This document shows, in pieces, positions 8,790 to 19,397 of a stretch of DNA of 64,000 nt. Both the position numbers and the translations under genes were made by a program. How positions within the stretch are numbered: position 1 is the first letter of the stretch; the number at the start of each line of letters is the position of its first letter. The notes under the pieces are model-generated. The model ran no database searches and was not told where the DNA came from. It saw only the letters and a list, made by a program, of their open reading frames with translations. Origin of the DNA: a virus; the IMG/VR virus record IMGVR_UViG_3300045988_159816. One strand, written 5' to 3'.

Positions 8790-9095
8790 ATGGACTTAAA
8801 AGATTTTATTACTTGCCTTTCTATTGCTTTTAACTGTGCTATTTCTATCGCATATTTGGCAGAACGAAGTACGAAAAATCTGCATATAGCGAGAAATCAT
8901 GAATTGGAAGCCAGACTATCCAAATTGTATAAAGAATATTTAGATAGTTTAAATCAACAAATGGTAGTTGTAAAAAAATTAGATGATACATTACATAATC
9001 AAAAAATAGTTTGTGATTGTTTAGTTCAGTTTTCTCATAATAATCCGGACAAAGAACAAATTTTGAAAAAATTAAATGGGGTGATTAAACTATGA
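8790..9095 (+). CDS. hypothetical protein with N-terminal TM helix
   Basis: 101-aa ORF with a hydrophobic N-terminus. Confidence 0.4.
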   Translation: MDLKDFITCLSIAFNCAISIAYLAERSTKNLHIARNHELEARLSKLYKEYLDSLNQQMVVVKKLDDTLHNQKIVCDCLVQFSHNNPDKEQILKKLNGVIKL

Positions 9096-9252
9096 CTTTT
9101 ATGCAAAAGTTGACAGCGGCTCTTGTATTATTTGGATTATTTGCCAGTATTTATCTACTTAATGAAGGAGCCCCTATAAGTGCTACAGCGGTTAATACTG
9201 GACTTATTGTAGTATTACTTTATGATATATTTTGTGAGTTGGGGAAAAAGTA

Positions 9253-9519
9253 ATGAATAAGTTTGTTGTATTTTCAATAATGGTATGTGCTTTCTACTTT
9301 TTAATAGAGCCTACTAAAAAATTAATTGACTATATACGTTGGTATTTCGGATTCACATATGGCTATGAGGATAAAGTTTTAGTTCTTGGTATCGGTATTG
9401 GCTATATTAAGGGCGTGATTAATGGCAATATGTATTTAGTTGAATTTCCAAACCACCCTTTAAAAATTGTTAGTCACGAGGATATTACAAGAATTTATCG
9501 TAGAGGTGAAGAGAAATGA
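9253..9519 (+). CDS. hypothetical membrane protein
   Basis: 88-aa ORF with a hydrophobic N-terminus. Confidence 0.4.
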   Translation: MNKFVVFSIMVCAFYFLIEPTKKLIDYIRWYFGFTYGYEDKVLVLGIGIGYIKGVINGNMYLVEFPNHPLKIVSHEDITRIYRRGEEK

Positions 9520-9669
9520 TTAAATTACTCTTACTCGCTATCACGCAGATATTACTTTATATTGTGTTGTTGACTACAAATGATCTGTCCACAAGACCAT
9601 TGATTTTTGCAGCACAAATTTCGCTTTTTTTGTATCAATTTATATTCGAATAAGGAATGGAGTGAAAAA

Positions 9670-9900
9670 ATGACCGTAGGTGAAGTAAGAAAAATTTGTG
9701 ATGGAGAACCAATACAGTTAATCGGAGCTCGTACTGGTAAAAAACTTACGAATAACTGGAATAATGTAACGGAAGTATTAGCAAGATATGATAATCATGA
9801 ATCATGTGGAATATTTGCCAGTATGAGAGTTCAAACAGATAGAGTAAATATGCCAAACTACATAACACCCATTATTTGTATTTGGGTAACAGGAGAATAA
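9670..9900 (+). CDS. hypothetical protein
   Basis: ATG at 9670 follows RBS aaggaatggagtg. The track start at 9607 lacks an RBS. Confidence 0.4.
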   Translation: MTVGEVRKICDGEPIQLIGARTGKKLTNNWNNVTEVLARYDNHESCGIFASMRVQTDRVNMPNYITPIICIWVTGE

Positions 9901-9904
9901 GAAT

Positions 9905-10105
9905 ATGAAAAAAGTAACAGCAGAAGTTATCGAGAAAAATCGTTATCTAGTCACAGTAGAGGTTGAAGATAATGCTACAGACGGTGATATTTATGATGCA
10001 ATAGTAAGAGCTTATATAGGAGATGATACTTATATGGGAGATAGTTGTAAAGTTATTGAACAATATATTTATGACGTTACAAATATAAAGGTGAAAGAAA
10101 AATGA
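9905..10105 (+). CDS. hypothetical protein
   Basis: 66-aa ORF with RBS caggagaataagaatatg. Confidence 0.4.
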   Translation: MKKVTAEVIEKNRYLVTVEVEDNATDGDIYDAIVRAYIGDDTYMGDSCKVIEQYIYDVTNIKVKEK

Positions 10106-10275
10106 TTAAAGAATATAAATGGATTGGAAATACATATATGACAAATTTAATGATTGATGTTAATAAAGATGCTTGTAACGGTTGGCGACTTGTAAGTGTT
10201 GGTCATAATGGCAAGTTTTATTTTGCAGTAGTTCAACGTGATAAAATTGAAACAGAGGAGAGTGAAGAAAAATGA
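10102..10275 (+). CDS. hypothetical small protein (57 aa)
   Basis: ATGA start-stop overlap at both ends (10102 and 10272). Confidence 0.35.
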   Translation: MIKEYKWIGNTYMTNLMIDVNKDACNGWRLVSVGHNGKFYFAVVQRDKIETEESEEK

Positions 10276-10475
10276 AATTCAATGTTAAATCGGAAAAAAC
10301 TTACACAATTACTTTAGACGATAAAACTTGTTCATTATTAGTGCAAGCATTAAAATATGCAGATTTGCATATAATTGAATTACCTGTAGACGTTATAAAA
10401 AGTAAAGAATCTTTGTTAAGTGATATAAGATTCTTTATTAAAGAATTTACATCTAGAATGTCAGAGGAGGAATAA
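10272..10475 (+). CDS. hypothetical protein
   Basis: 67-aa ORF, translationally coupled. Confidence 0.4.
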   Translation: MKFNVKSEKTYTITLDDKTCSLLVQALKYADLHIIELPVDVIKSKESLLSDIRFFIKEFTSRMSEEE

Positions 10476-10476
10476 T

Positions 10477-10914
10477 ATGAGAAGATTTGAAGCTGTTCAA
10501 GGAAAATTAGTTACTTTACCAACAAGAAAAACTATTGGTTCTGCTGGGTATGATTTTTGTTGTCCTTACAGTTATACATTAAACGCAGGGGAAACTGTAG
10601 TTTTTAAAACAGGCGTCAAAGCTTGTATGAATCGTAATGAAGTATTATATATTTACATTCGTTCAAGCTTGGGAATCAAACATAAATTAGCCTTAACTAA
10701 TGGTACAGGTATTATTGATTCAGACTATTATAATAATCCTGACAATGAAGGAGAAATTTTAATTCCTATTACTAATAATGGTAATACCCCTTATGAATTT
10801 ACTATTGGGGATAGAATTGCACAGGGCATTTTTTCAACATATCTTACTGTAGATGGGGAGAATACAGAAGAATTGCAGGAAAGAGTTGGCGGAGTAGGAA
10901 GTACAGGCAAATGA
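10477..10914 (+). CDS. dut: dUTP diphosphatase (trimeric dUTPase)
   Basis: Motifs SAGYDF, GIIDSDYY, GDRIAQ and a C-terminal RVGGVGSTGK. Confidence 0.9.
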   Translation: MRRFEAVQGKLVTLPTRKTIGSAGYDFCCPYSYTLNAGETVVFKTGVKACMNRNEVLYIYIRSSLGIKHKLALTNGTGIIDSDYYNNPDNEGEILIPITNNGNTPYEFTIGDRIAQGIFSTYLTVDGENTEELQERVGGVGSTGK

Positions 10915-10955
10915 AAATGCCCTTTTAAGGGTATTTATAAAGGGGGTTAAGGTGT

Positions 10956-11210
10956 TTGTATGTACAGAAAAATGTAATTTTACAGGTTTTAGAGCTGTAT
11001 AATTTAAAGCCCTATCAAAAGTTCAAGCTTACAGATGGATATACTAAAAAGGTGCTTGGAATGTATTACTTTAACAGATCCGGATATTTATGCCAATGTT
11101 TTAGTAAGAAATGGGATAATGATTTTAGTTGTATAATTCGAGATATAAATCATATCCACACTGTAAATATTTTAAATGGTATTCATCTCATTGAATTAAA
11201 AGATGGTTGA
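10956..11210 (+). CDS. hypothetical protein
   Basis: 84-aa ORF. Confidence 0.35.
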   Translation: MYVQKNVILQVLELYNLKPYQKFKLTDGYTKKVLGMYYFNRSGYLCQCFSKKWDNDFSCIIRDINHIHTVNILNGIHLIELKDG

Positions 11211-11297
11211 CATTCTTTAAGATTTGTTCTAAAATTAAATAAAGATATGAATGGGTATATCTTGGATATACCCATTTTTATTGATAGGAGGAAAATC

Positions 11298-11858
11298 ATG
11301 ATTAAACCATTAATATCTATTAAAGATATTCGTTCCGAAGAAGAAGAAGGCTTTTGCATGGATATCGCTCTTGGTGCTGGTTATGCTGAAGCATTTAAAC
11401 ATTGGTTTCCAGAAAGGGCTGAAAGGGTAAAATCTTTAGGTGCTTCCGGATATCAACTTGCACAAAGACCAAAAATGGCAAACAGAATAATGGAGCTTGT
11501 TAAAGCAAGAGAAGATCAAAACACTAAAGCATTAGAATGGACAAGAACTAAATCCATTGAAAAACTTCACTATGTTATTAATTGTTGTCAAGCTGAAATA
11601 AATAGGGTTAATAAAGCTTTTGAAGATGAATTGCAGTTTTTAGAAGAACAAATCAACGAAACTTCTGACCCCGCTGAAATTCGTAGACTTGTTAATAAAA
11701 TGATTAAACTTCGTCAAAAAAGTCATCTTAATAAAATTCAGATTAGTGGCATAACAGATGCTATTGCCGAATTAAATACCATGCACGGATTCAATGAAAG
11801 TAATGTCAATATTAATAGCGCTGTTTCTTTTGTTGGGGAAGAAGACTTGGAGGACTAA
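11298..11858 (+). CDS. terminase small subunit (putative)
   Basis: Sits immediately upstream of the large terminase, with RBS gataggagg before the ATG at 11298. Helical N-terminus. Confidence 0.55.
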   Translation: MIKPLISIKDIRSEEEEGFCMDIALGAGYAEAFKHWFPERAERVKSLGASGYQLAQRPKMANRIMELVKAREDQNTKALEWTRTKSIEKLHYVINCCQAEINRVNKAFEDELQFLEEQINETSDPAEIRRLVNKMIKLRQKSHLNKIQISGITDAIAELNTMHGFNESNVNINSAVSFVGEEDLED

Positions 11859-13130
11859 ATGAGTTCAGTTAATATTGCTCAAGTTGTTGGTAAGGGATAT
11901 AAATCTTTTTGGAATTTTAAAGGTAGATATCGTTGTTTAAAAGGTGGACGTGGTAGCAAAAAGTCTTGTACGGCTGCATTGTGGTATATTTTTAATATGA
12001 TGAAGTTTTGGGAAAAATATCATTTAAAGCCAAATACAATGGTTGTTCGACGTTATTATAATACACACAGAGATTCTACTTTTCGTCAGTTAAAATGGGC
12101 AATTAATAGATTAGGTGTAAATCATTTGTGGAAAGCTACAGTCAATCCTTTGGAGATAACTTATATTCCTTCCGGACAAAAGATATTTTTTAGGGGTATG
12201 GATGATGCACAATCTATTACATCTATCACAGTAGAAGATGGCTATCTTTGTTGGGTATGGTGGGAAGAAGCTTTTCAATGTTCTAATGAAGATGAATTTA
12301 ATAAGGTAGATTTATCCATTCGTGGTGTTATTCCAGAACCTCTATTTAAGCAACATACGTTTACTTTCAATCCATGGTCTGATAAAATTTGGCTTAAAAA
12401 AAGATTCTTTGATAAAGCAGATGGTAAAGATATTTTTGCTTTAACAACTAATTATCAATGTAATGAATGGTTAGGTGAAGATGATTTAGAAATTTTCGCT
12501 AAAATGAAATTAGAAAATCCACGTCGTTATAATATCGAAGGCATGGGAGATTGGGGTATCGCTGAAGGTCTTATTTATAATAACTGGCAAGAAATGGAAT
12601 TTGATATTTCTTACTTCTTGAATGCAAAGGATATGAAAGGTAATCTTATATATCGTGATCTTAAAGGACTTGACTTTGGTTATACTAATGACCCAACAGC
12701 TTTGAGTTGTGTATTTGTTGATGAAAAGAAATATGAAATTTATATTTATGATGAAATTTATCGTACTCGTATGAGTAATCAAATGATTTACGATAATATC
12801 AAATATAAAGGTTATCAACATCATCTAATTACAGCCGACTGCGAGGATACAAGAACAATCAATGAATTATATTTATTAGGATTAAATCGAATTAAGGCAT
12901 CTAAAAAAGGTCATGGTAGTAAAATTGCTGGTATTCAAAAATTGATGGATTATAAGATTTATGTTCACCCACGATGTGTTAATCATATCGTAGAATTAAG
13001 TAACTATGTGTGGGATAAAGATAAAGATACTGGTAAACCTATTAATGAACCAATTGATGAATATAATCATCTTATGGACGCATTACGTTACGCTACTGAA
13101 AAATGTAATGGAAGAACATTTAGTTTCTAA
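11859..13130 (+). CDS. terL: terminase large subunit (PBSX/Terminase_3-like)
   Basis: Walker-A-like GGRGSKKS and a C-terminal nuclease-domain motif HLMDALRYA. Confidence 0.85.
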   Translation: MSSVNIAQVVGKGYKSFWNFKGRYRCLKGGRGSKKSCTAALWYIFNMMKFWEKYHLKPNTMVVRRYYNTHRDSTFRQLKWAINRLGVNHLWKATVNPLEITYIPSGQKIFFRGMDDAQSITSITVEDGYLCWVWWEEAFQCSNEDEFNKVDLSIRGVIPEPLFKQHTFTFNPWSDKIWLKKRFFDKADGKDIFALTTNYQCNEWLGEDDLEIFAKMKLENPRRYNIEGMGDWGIAEGLIYNNWQEMEFDISYFLNAKDMKGNLIYRDLKGLDFGYTNDPTALSCVFVDEKKYEIYIYDEIYRTRMSNQMIYDNIKYKGYQHHLITADCEDTRTINELYLLGLNRIKASKKGHGSKIAGIQKLMDYKIYVHPRCVNHIVELSNYVWDKDKDTGKPINEPIDEYNHLMDALRYATEKCNGRTFSF

Positions 13131-13142
13131 GGAGGTAGAATT

Positions 13143-14687
13143 ATGTTCAAGTTACCCGATTTTATGAGGATTGATCCAACAGATTTAAACGCTGAAAGTA
13201 TTCGTCGTTTAAGTACTTTCGGAAAACCTCAAGAAGATTTTATTATGGGTGCAGTACAGCAATTTCAAAATTCTAATATTTTTAAAGAACGTGAAGTTGC
13301 TAGAAGGTATTTTGAGAATGAAACAGATATTGATAAAAAGGAAAGGTATTATTTTAATCGTCATAAACAAAAAGTTCTTGATGATACTGTAACTAATACT
13401 AAATTAAGACACGCTTTTTATCGTAAACTTGTAAATCAAAAGGTAAATTATCTGTTAAGTAAACCATTTACTATCAAATGCAGAAATAAAGAATTTGAAC
13501 AATTATTAAAAACATATTTTGATAAAAAATTCTTACGTCAGTTACAAAATACGGTTAGAAAGACCGTTGTTACTGGAATAAGTTGGTTACAGGTTTATTA
13601 TGATGTAAATGGCTCTTTAATGTTTAAACGCATTCCAGATGATGAAGTTATTCCATTTTGGGCAGATGCCGATCATACTGTTTTAGATGCAGTTATCCGT
13701 TATTATATTATTTCAGAGTATAAACCAAATGGCGATGAAATCCAGCATCAAAAAGTAGAATACTATACTCCTGAAGGAGTGTGGTATTACGAAGTTAAAG
13801 AAACTGGTTTAGTAGTTGATCCGGATAAAACGCAACCAACTGATGGTCATTTTAAAGTTAAGCAGAAAAAATTAAATAATGATGGTCTTGTTTTAACAGA
13901 TGATAAAGGTGATCCCATTTATGTTGCTGAACCTCAAAGCTGGGGACGTGTACCATTTATTCCTATTAAATATAATAGCGAAGAATTGCCTTTATTACGA
14001 TATGTTAAAACTCTAATTGATGATTATGATTTTATTACAAGCGATATTAGTGATCAAATTCATGATGTTCCTAATAGTATTCGTATTGTAAAGGGTTATG
14101 ATGGTACTGATAAAGACGAATTTATTTTAAACCTTAAACAAACGAAAATGGCATATGTAACAGAAGATGGTGACGTTACTAACCTAGATATCCCATTTAA
14201 GCTGGAAGGTGCAGAATTGCACTTAAATCGTCTGCGTAAAGATATTTATGAAGATGGTTCTGGCGTAGATACTCAACAAGATGAAATGCGCGATATTAGT
14301 GGCGAGGCGTTGAAGTTTAAATATATTGATTTGTCTTTGGATTGTAATGATATTGGTGTACAAGTTACGGAAGCTTTGGAAATATTAGCTTGGTTTATTA
14401 AAGAGCATGAAAAAACTTTCAATACTAAAGATTATGATCAAGAAAATTTCGATATTATCTTTAACACTGATATGATTACCAACGAAGCTCAAACAATTCT
14501 TGATTGCAAAAACAGTGAAGGTATTATTAGTAAATCTACTATTGTTTCTAATCATCCTTGGGTTTTGGATTCTGAAGAAGAACTCAAGCTTATGGAACAA
14601 GATGAAGAAGCGGAACAGCAAAAAGAAATTGAATTACAAACTAAATTAGCACAAGCCACTTATACCGGAGGAGAGGGCAATGAATGA
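13143..14687 (+). CDS. portal protein (SPP1 gp6-like)
   Basis: 514 aa, positioned after terL, with an acidic C-terminus. Confidence 0.7.
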   Translation: MFKLPDFMRIDPTDLNAESIRRLSTFGKPQEDFIMGAVQQFQNSNIFKEREVARRYFENETDIDKKERYYFNRHKQKVLDDTVTNTKLRHAFYRKLVNQKVNYLLSKPFTIKCRNKEFEQLLKTYFDKKFLRQLQNTVRKTVVTGISWLQVYYDVNGSLMFKRIPDDEVIPFWADADHTVLDAVIRYYIISEYKPNGDEIQHQKVEYYTPEGVWYYEVKETGLVVDPDKTQPTDGHFKVKQKKLNNDGLVLTDDKGDPIYVAEPQSWGRVPFIPIKYNSEELPLLRYVKTLIDDYDFITSDISDQIHDVPNSIRIVKGYDGTDKDEFILNLKQTKMAYVTEDGDVTNLDIPFKLEGAELHLNRLRKDIYEDGSGVDTQQDEMRDISGEALKFKYIDLSLDCNDIGVQVTEALEILAWFIKEHEKTFNTKDYDQENFDIIFNTDMITNEAQTILDCKNSEGIISKSTIVSNHPWVLDSEEELKLMEQDEEAEQQKEIELQTKLAQATYTGGEGNE

Positions 14688-15705
14688 TTTTGAGTATTGG
14701 CAAGAGCGTTCTGAACAAAATATAATTTTAACAGAACAGCTTGCTAACAGTTACAATGAGCAATTAGCTCGTGAATACAATAAAGTTATAAAATCCTTAC
14801 AGCAACAGCTTTATGAGTTTTATGCTCTATATGCTAGCGAAAATGGATTGACTTTACAAGAGGCTCAAAAGAAACTAAGTTCAAAGGAATTAAAAGAATT
14901 AAGGGCTACTATTGATGAATATATTGAAGAAGCCAAAAAGTTTGACAGTAAGAATGCTAATAAATATTTAAAAAATTTAGAAGAATTGCAAGCAAAAGCA
15001 AAGGTATCTAGATTAGAATTATTAATGGCAGAATACCGTCATGCAATTGAAATGTTGTTATTGCAACAGGAGGTCGACCAGCCGAATATTTATTTAGAAG
15101 GCTATGAATCCTCCTTCTACCATACTTTATATGACATACAAACTTACTCCGGAATAGGGGCAACCTTCACTCGTCCTACAAGAGATATGGTAGTGGCTGC
15201 TCTTGCCCAAAAGTATTTAGGACAAAATTTTAGTGACCGTTTATGGCAAAATAAAGAAATGCTTATTTACACATTAAAAAAAGAAATAAAGCAAGCCTTT
15301 GCCGCTGGTACATCTGCAAAGAATGTAGCAGAAACAGTCGCTAAAAAAATGAATACTCGATTGGGAGTTGCACAAACTCTTGTTCGTACAGAAATGGCGA
15401 ATGTTGCAAATCAGGGAAATTTGCTTGCATATAAAGAAGCGGGCGTTAAAGAATATAAATTATTAGCAACATTGGATTTTAAAACATCAGAAATTTGTAG
15501 AGAATTAGATGGAAATGTATATTTAGTATCTCAAGCAGAAAGAGGAGTAAATTATCCACCATTTCACCCTAATTGTCGCACAACTACTGTTCCGGTTATT
15601 GATGGAGAATCCTATCATACTAGAATTGCTAAAAAAGATGGTTCCTATGAAGTAGTTAAAGATATTACCTATAAACAGTGGTATAAAAAATATGTAAAAG
15701 ATTAA
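14680..15705 (+). CDS. minor head / head morphogenesis protein (Mu F / SPP1 gp7 family)
   Basis: Conserved PFHPNCRTTTVP (HxNCRC-type) motif. Confidence 0.75.
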   Translation: MNDFEYWQERSEQNIILTEQLANSYNEQLAREYNKVIKSLQQQLYEFYALYASENGLTLQEAQKKLSSKELKELRATIDEYIEEAKKFDSKNANKYLKNLEELQAKAKVSRLELLMAEYRHAIEMLLLQQEVDQPNIYLEGYESSFYHTLYDIQTYSGIGATFTRPTRDMVVAALAQKYLGQNFSDRLWQNKEMLIYTLKKEIKQAFAAGTSAKNVAETVAKKMNTRLGVAQTLVRTEMANVANQGNLLAYKEAGVKEYKLLATLDFKTSEICRELDGNVYLVSQAERGVNYPPFHPNCRTTTVPVIDGESYHTRIAKKDGSYEVVKDITYKQWYKKYVKD

Positions 15706-15748
15706 GAACTATTATAGTGACAATTAAGAATTATCCTGTTATACTTTA

Positions 15749-15779
15749 CTCATAAGGTTTTCCTTATGAGTATTTTTTA
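15749..15779 (+). terminator. intrinsic terminator
   Basis: ctcataagg-tttt-ccttatgag hairpin followed by T7. Confidence 0.55.
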
Positions 15780-15797
15780 TGAAAAGGAGAGAAAGTA

Positions 15798-16406
15798 ATG
15801 ACAAAAGAACAATTGATTGCTCTCGGCTTGACAGAAGAACAAGCTAATAAAGCAATCGAATTACATACCACTGCATTACAGGGGTATGTGGCTAAAGGCA
15901 CTTATGACGTGCTAAAGGCAGAGGCTGATAATCTAAAAGCTACTAACGATTCTATGAAAGCCGAAGTTGACAAACTTAAAAAGTTCGAAGGCACTAATGC
16001 TGAATTAGCTGCTAAAATCGAAAAACTTCAAGGTGATGTGACTACAAAAGAAGAAACTTATAAATCTGAATTGGAGAAACTTCGCAAAATCAATGCTGTG
16101 GAACTGGTATTGTTGCAAGGCGAAAATAAACCTTATGATTTAGATTTAGTTAAGGGTCTTGTAGATTTAAGTTTGATTAAACTTGATGGCGATAAAGTTG
16201 TTAGCGGTTTAAAAGAACAAATCGATACTCTGCGTACCGATAAAGCATTCTTATTTAATCCTGGAGAACAAAAAAGAGAACCTTTTGGAAATACTCCGAA
16301 TGATAGTTTTAAACCTCTCAAAACAGATAATGTAGCTGATTTCGGTAAATCTTTAGCAAAGACTAAGCTCACTATGATGGGCATAAATCCTGAAGGAGGT
16401 AATTAA
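15798..16406 (+). CDS. scaffolding protein
   Basis: Ala/Glu/Lys-rich coiled coil, located between the minor head protein and the capsid gene. Confidence 0.65.
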   Translation: MTKEQLIALGLTEEQANKAIELHTTALQGYVAKGTYDVLKAEADNLKATNDSMKAEVDKLKKFEGTNAELAAKIEKLQGDVTTKEETYKSELEKLRKINAVELVLLQGENKPYDLDLVKGLVDLSLIKLDGDKVVSGLKEQIDTLRTDKAFLFNPGEQKREPFGNTPNDSFKPLKTDNVADFGKSLAKTKLTMMGINPEGGN

Positions 16407-16408
16407 AA

Positions 16409-16768
16409 ATGATGAAATTCACCACTAAAGAATATGATTCTGCTAAACATATTCTTGCGATTCCTGATCATTATGTTGCTATCGCACGCACTGCTGCAAA
16501 AGCTACTGCTGCTGGCGGTATGGTAGTATCTGAAAATGGTCGATTTATTATCAAAGCTGGTACTGTCTATCCTGCAAATGATGCAACTGCAATCGGTCTT
16601 GTAATGCAAGATTACGATGTAACCGATAGTGATGCTTCTATGGCAATCATTATTCATGGTTTCGTTCGTGCAGATCGTTTGCCCGCAGTTCTGTCTGCAA
16701 CAGCAAAACCTGTTTTGCCACAAATTACAGTAATCGCTGCAATTACAGATAGCGAAGAAGGAGAATAA
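16409..16768 (+). CDS. head decoration protein (lambda gpD-like position and pattern)
   Basis: 119-aa ORF directly upstream of the gpE-family capsid gene. Confidence 0.5.
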   Translation: MMKFTTKEYDSAKHILAIPDHYVAIARTAAKATAAGGMVVSENGRFIIKAGTVYPANDATAIGLVMQDYDVTDSDASMAIIIHGFVRADRLPAVLSATAKPVLPQITVIAAITDSEEGE

Positions 16769-16770
16769 TC

Positions 16771-17856
16771 ATGGCATCTTATAGCATTTTTGATATTTTT
16801 GATTCTAAAGCAATTGCAGCCTATTGGACTGACGTCAATACTGCAATGAAAGATCCGATGATCGGTTCTACATTCTTTCCGGATACTCGTACTGCAAGTT
16901 TAGAGTTATCTTGGATTAAAGGTCGTAACAATCTTCCGATTGCTTTGCAACCTTCTGCTTTTGATACTAAAGCAAGTTTGAGAGATCGTATCGGTGTAAC
17001 CGAGATCTCAACTGAAATGCCGTTCTTCCGTGAAGCGATGCGTATCGGAGAAAAAGAACGTCAGGATATTCAAAACTTGTTAGCTAAGGGTATTCCTTTT
17101 GCACAACCTACCATTGCTAGAGTATATGACGACATCACTAATCTTGTTGATGGTGCTCGTGTTCAGGCAGAACGTATGCGTATGAGTTTGTTAGTAAATG
17201 GTAAAATTTCGGTAACTGCCACTAAAGGTACTGGTCGTGACATTACTTATCAGTATAACTACGATCCCAATGGAGATTGGGCAAGTGATCACTCTGTTAC
17301 TTTGGCAGGTAATGGTACTTGGACTGTAGCTAATAAAGCAACTTCTGATCCTATTGGGGATTTGTTAGATGCTAAAGAAGCTATGGCTGATCAGTATGGC
17401 ATTACTTTAACTCGTGCTTTGATGACTACCAAAACACTTCGTAATATGTTAGCTTCTGAATCTATTAAGAAAGCTATGAATCCTTTGGGTGCTACTAGCA
17501 TGATCTTGTTGGATACTGAAGCAAAACGGTATTTAGAACAACAGACTGGATTAACTATTATCACTTATGATAAAATGTTCAAAGACGAAGAAGGCGTAGA
17601 TCAGAAATTCTATCCTGATAATTATGTAACCTTACTTCCCAGCTATGCTGTCGGAAATACTTGGTTTGGTACTACTCCGGAAGAATATGATCTTATGAGT
17701 GGTAATACTAATGCTTCTGTTTCTGTTGTTGGTAGTGGTATTGCAATTACTACTATTAAAGAACCGCATCCTGTAAACGTGTTCACAGTTGTTGATGCAA
17801 TCGCGCTTCCTTCTTTTGAACGCATGGATGATATCTATGTAATGAAAGTTGCATAA
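16771..17856 (+). CDS. major capsid protein (lambda gpE family)
   Basis: The C-terminal region FYPDNYVTLLP...PEEYDLM...AITTIKEPHPVNVFTVVDAIALP parallels lambda gpE FLPDNTMVLGN...PLMLLADPDEFVSVQLA. Confidence 0.8.
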   Translation: MASYSIFDIFDSKAIAAYWTDVNTAMKDPMIGSTFFPDTRTASLELSWIKGRNNLPIALQPSAFDTKASLRDRIGVTEISTEMPFFREAMRIGEKERQDIQNLLAKGIPFAQPTIARVYDDITNLVDGARVQAERMRMSLLVNGKISVTATKGTGRDITYQYNYDPNGDWASDHSVTLAGNGTWTVANKATSDPIGDLLDAKEAMADQYGITLTRALMTTKTLRNMLASESIKKAMNPLGATSMILLDTEAKRYLEQQTGLTIITYDKMFKDEEGVDQKFYPDNYVTLLPSYAVGNTWFGTTPEEYDLMSGNTNASVSVVGSGIAITTIKEPHPVNVFTVVDAIALPSFERMDDIYVMKVA

Positions 17857-17872
17857 TTTTTAGGAGGTCAGT

Positions 17873-18106
17873 ATGGCTAAGGTTAAAGTTCAATTTCCTA
17901 TCACAGTGAAATATCAGCGTGTAATATATCCTCCATACACCAATATCCTTGCGGATACTGAAGATCTTCCGGACATGAAAAAAGCTGGAGCCGTTATTTT
18001 TGAAGAAGAATCTGTTGAAGAAAAGATTTCTGAAGAAGTAGTTGCTCCAAAAACAAGTAAATCTAAATCCCAACGAAAGAATAAATCTGGACGTTTGGTA
18101 GAATGA
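17873..18106 (+). CDS. hypothetical head-associated protein
   Basis: 77-aa ORF with RBS ttaggaggtc. Confidence 0.4.
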   Translation: MAKVKVQFPITVKYQRVIYPPYTNILADTEDLPDMKKAGAVIFEEESVEEKISEEVVAPKTSKSKSQRKNKSGRLVE

Positions 18107-18534
18107 TTACTGTTGATAAAGGTTTAATTGCGGACATCGTAAAGACTCAGCTCGGAGTGGATACACCCTCCGAGCCTTTACTGAATTTAACTATTGACGA
18201 AGTAGAGCAAGAAATTAAAAACTTCTGCAATATAAAAGAAGTTCCACAAGAACTCACCTATACTTTCGCTAATATAGTAGTGGATTTATTTAGGTATCGT
18301 CAAGAGTTTATAAACGCCACTAAAAAACCTGTTGAGGGTGAAGAAGATGACGATATTACTATAAATGAGGGTAATATGAACTCAATTCGTGTTGGTGATA
18401 CCACAATTACTTTCGGTTCCGGAAGTGATACTATGGTTTATAATAAGAATATGAGGAGTCATCAGGCAAATTTAGACGATGTTATATTAAACTATAAAGC
18501 TCAACTCAAAAAGTTTCGGAGGATGGTGTGGTAA
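18103..18534 (+). CDS. head-tail connector (gp6-like)
   Basis: Assigned from position and size. Confidence 0.45.
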   Translation: MITVDKGLIADIVKTQLGVDTPSEPLLNLTIDEVEQEIKNFCNIKEVPQELTYTFANIVVDLFRYRQEFINATKKPVEGEEDDDITINEGNMNSIRVGDTTITFGSGSDTMVYNKNMRSHQANLDDVILNYKAQLKKFRRMVW

Positions 18535-18924
18535 ATGGCGATTAGAATTGGTGGAACAAGGAAAATATTTAAAAAGTATATGTATAAGGATAGGTTCGAA
18601 GTTTATCGTTTAACTCAAAAAGAGAATGATGATTTCACTGTGAATAATCAAGTATTAGAACCTTTATATACAAACGAACCTTGCAAAATCAGTTTAAATT
18701 ATCAAGATTTACCTGAGGAAGATTCTTTGTTAGTTAATCCAACAAATCAACATATTGGTATTTTTTGTGATCCAAAACTCGATATTCGTAAAGGCGATAA
18801 AATTATAGCTTATATTATGGACGATCGAGGTAATGTATTAGATACCTTTACTGATTTTGCTGGTAGACCTGAAAAACATACTTCCCATCAACAATTTGCT
18901 CTTGTGAATAGAGGATATGCTTAA
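18535..18924 (+). CDS. head-tail adaptor / head closure protein
   Basis: Assigned from position. Confidence 0.4.
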   Translation: MAIRIGGTRKIFKKYMYKDRFEVYRLTQKENDDFTVNNQVLEPLYTNEPCKISLNYQDLPEEDSLLVNPTNQHIGIFCDPKLDIRKGDKIIAYIMDDRGNVLDTFTDFAGRPEKHTSHQQFALVNRGYA

Positions 18925-19397
18925 TGTCTAGGGTTAATTTTGATTTTAAAAACTTTGATAGGTTTACAAAAAACTTTGAAAAACTTCAAAAAGAATTTGA
19001 TCCATTTTGTCGAAGATTTCTGTTAGATCAGGCAATGATTGCTCTAGCAGATACTAAGGCAATGACACCAGTTAAAACAGGTGATTTAAGAAATAGGTGG
19101 GAGTTATCTCAAGTTTTTAAAACCACCAAAGGATATTATATTCAAATATTTAATACTTTAGAATATGCCTCTTATGTAGAAGATGGGCATAGACAACAAG
19201 TAGGTAGATTCGTTCCTGGGATTTTCGTTGGTGGGAAGTTTGTTTATCAAAAAGGTGCTAAATCCGGAATGGTTTTAAAAAAGCCATGGGTAAATGGGTT
19301 TCATATGTGTCGAATAGCTGTTGATCGTGTTCAAGATAATATGCAACAGAAATTTGATCAAGCCTTTAAAAGTTTTTGCGGAAGGAATCAATTATGA
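18924..19397 (+). CDS. HK97 gp10-family tail-component protein
   Basis: Motif MTPVKTGDLRNRWE matches the TG-LRNS family signature. Confidence 0.55.
   Translation: MSRVNFDFKNFDRFTKNFEKLQKEFDPFCRRFLLDQAMIALADTKAMTPVKTGDLRNRWELSQVFKTTKGYYIQIFNTLEYASYVEDGHRQQVGRFVPGIFVGGKFVYQKGAKSGMVLKKPWVNGFHMCRIAVDRVQDNMQQKFDQAFKSFCGRNQL

Noticed and set aside
12510-12824. Minus-strand ORFs embedded in + strand genes (12510..12824, 14385..14621, 16133..16723, 17643..18073, 23282..24268, 40545..40937, 49097..49497, 55580..55912, 63045..63440 and others)
   Set aside because: They are antisense to strongly supported genes such as terL, portal, capsid, tape measure and FolE. Their products are low complexity and they have no RBS. 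These are shadow ORFs of AT-rich coding sequence.
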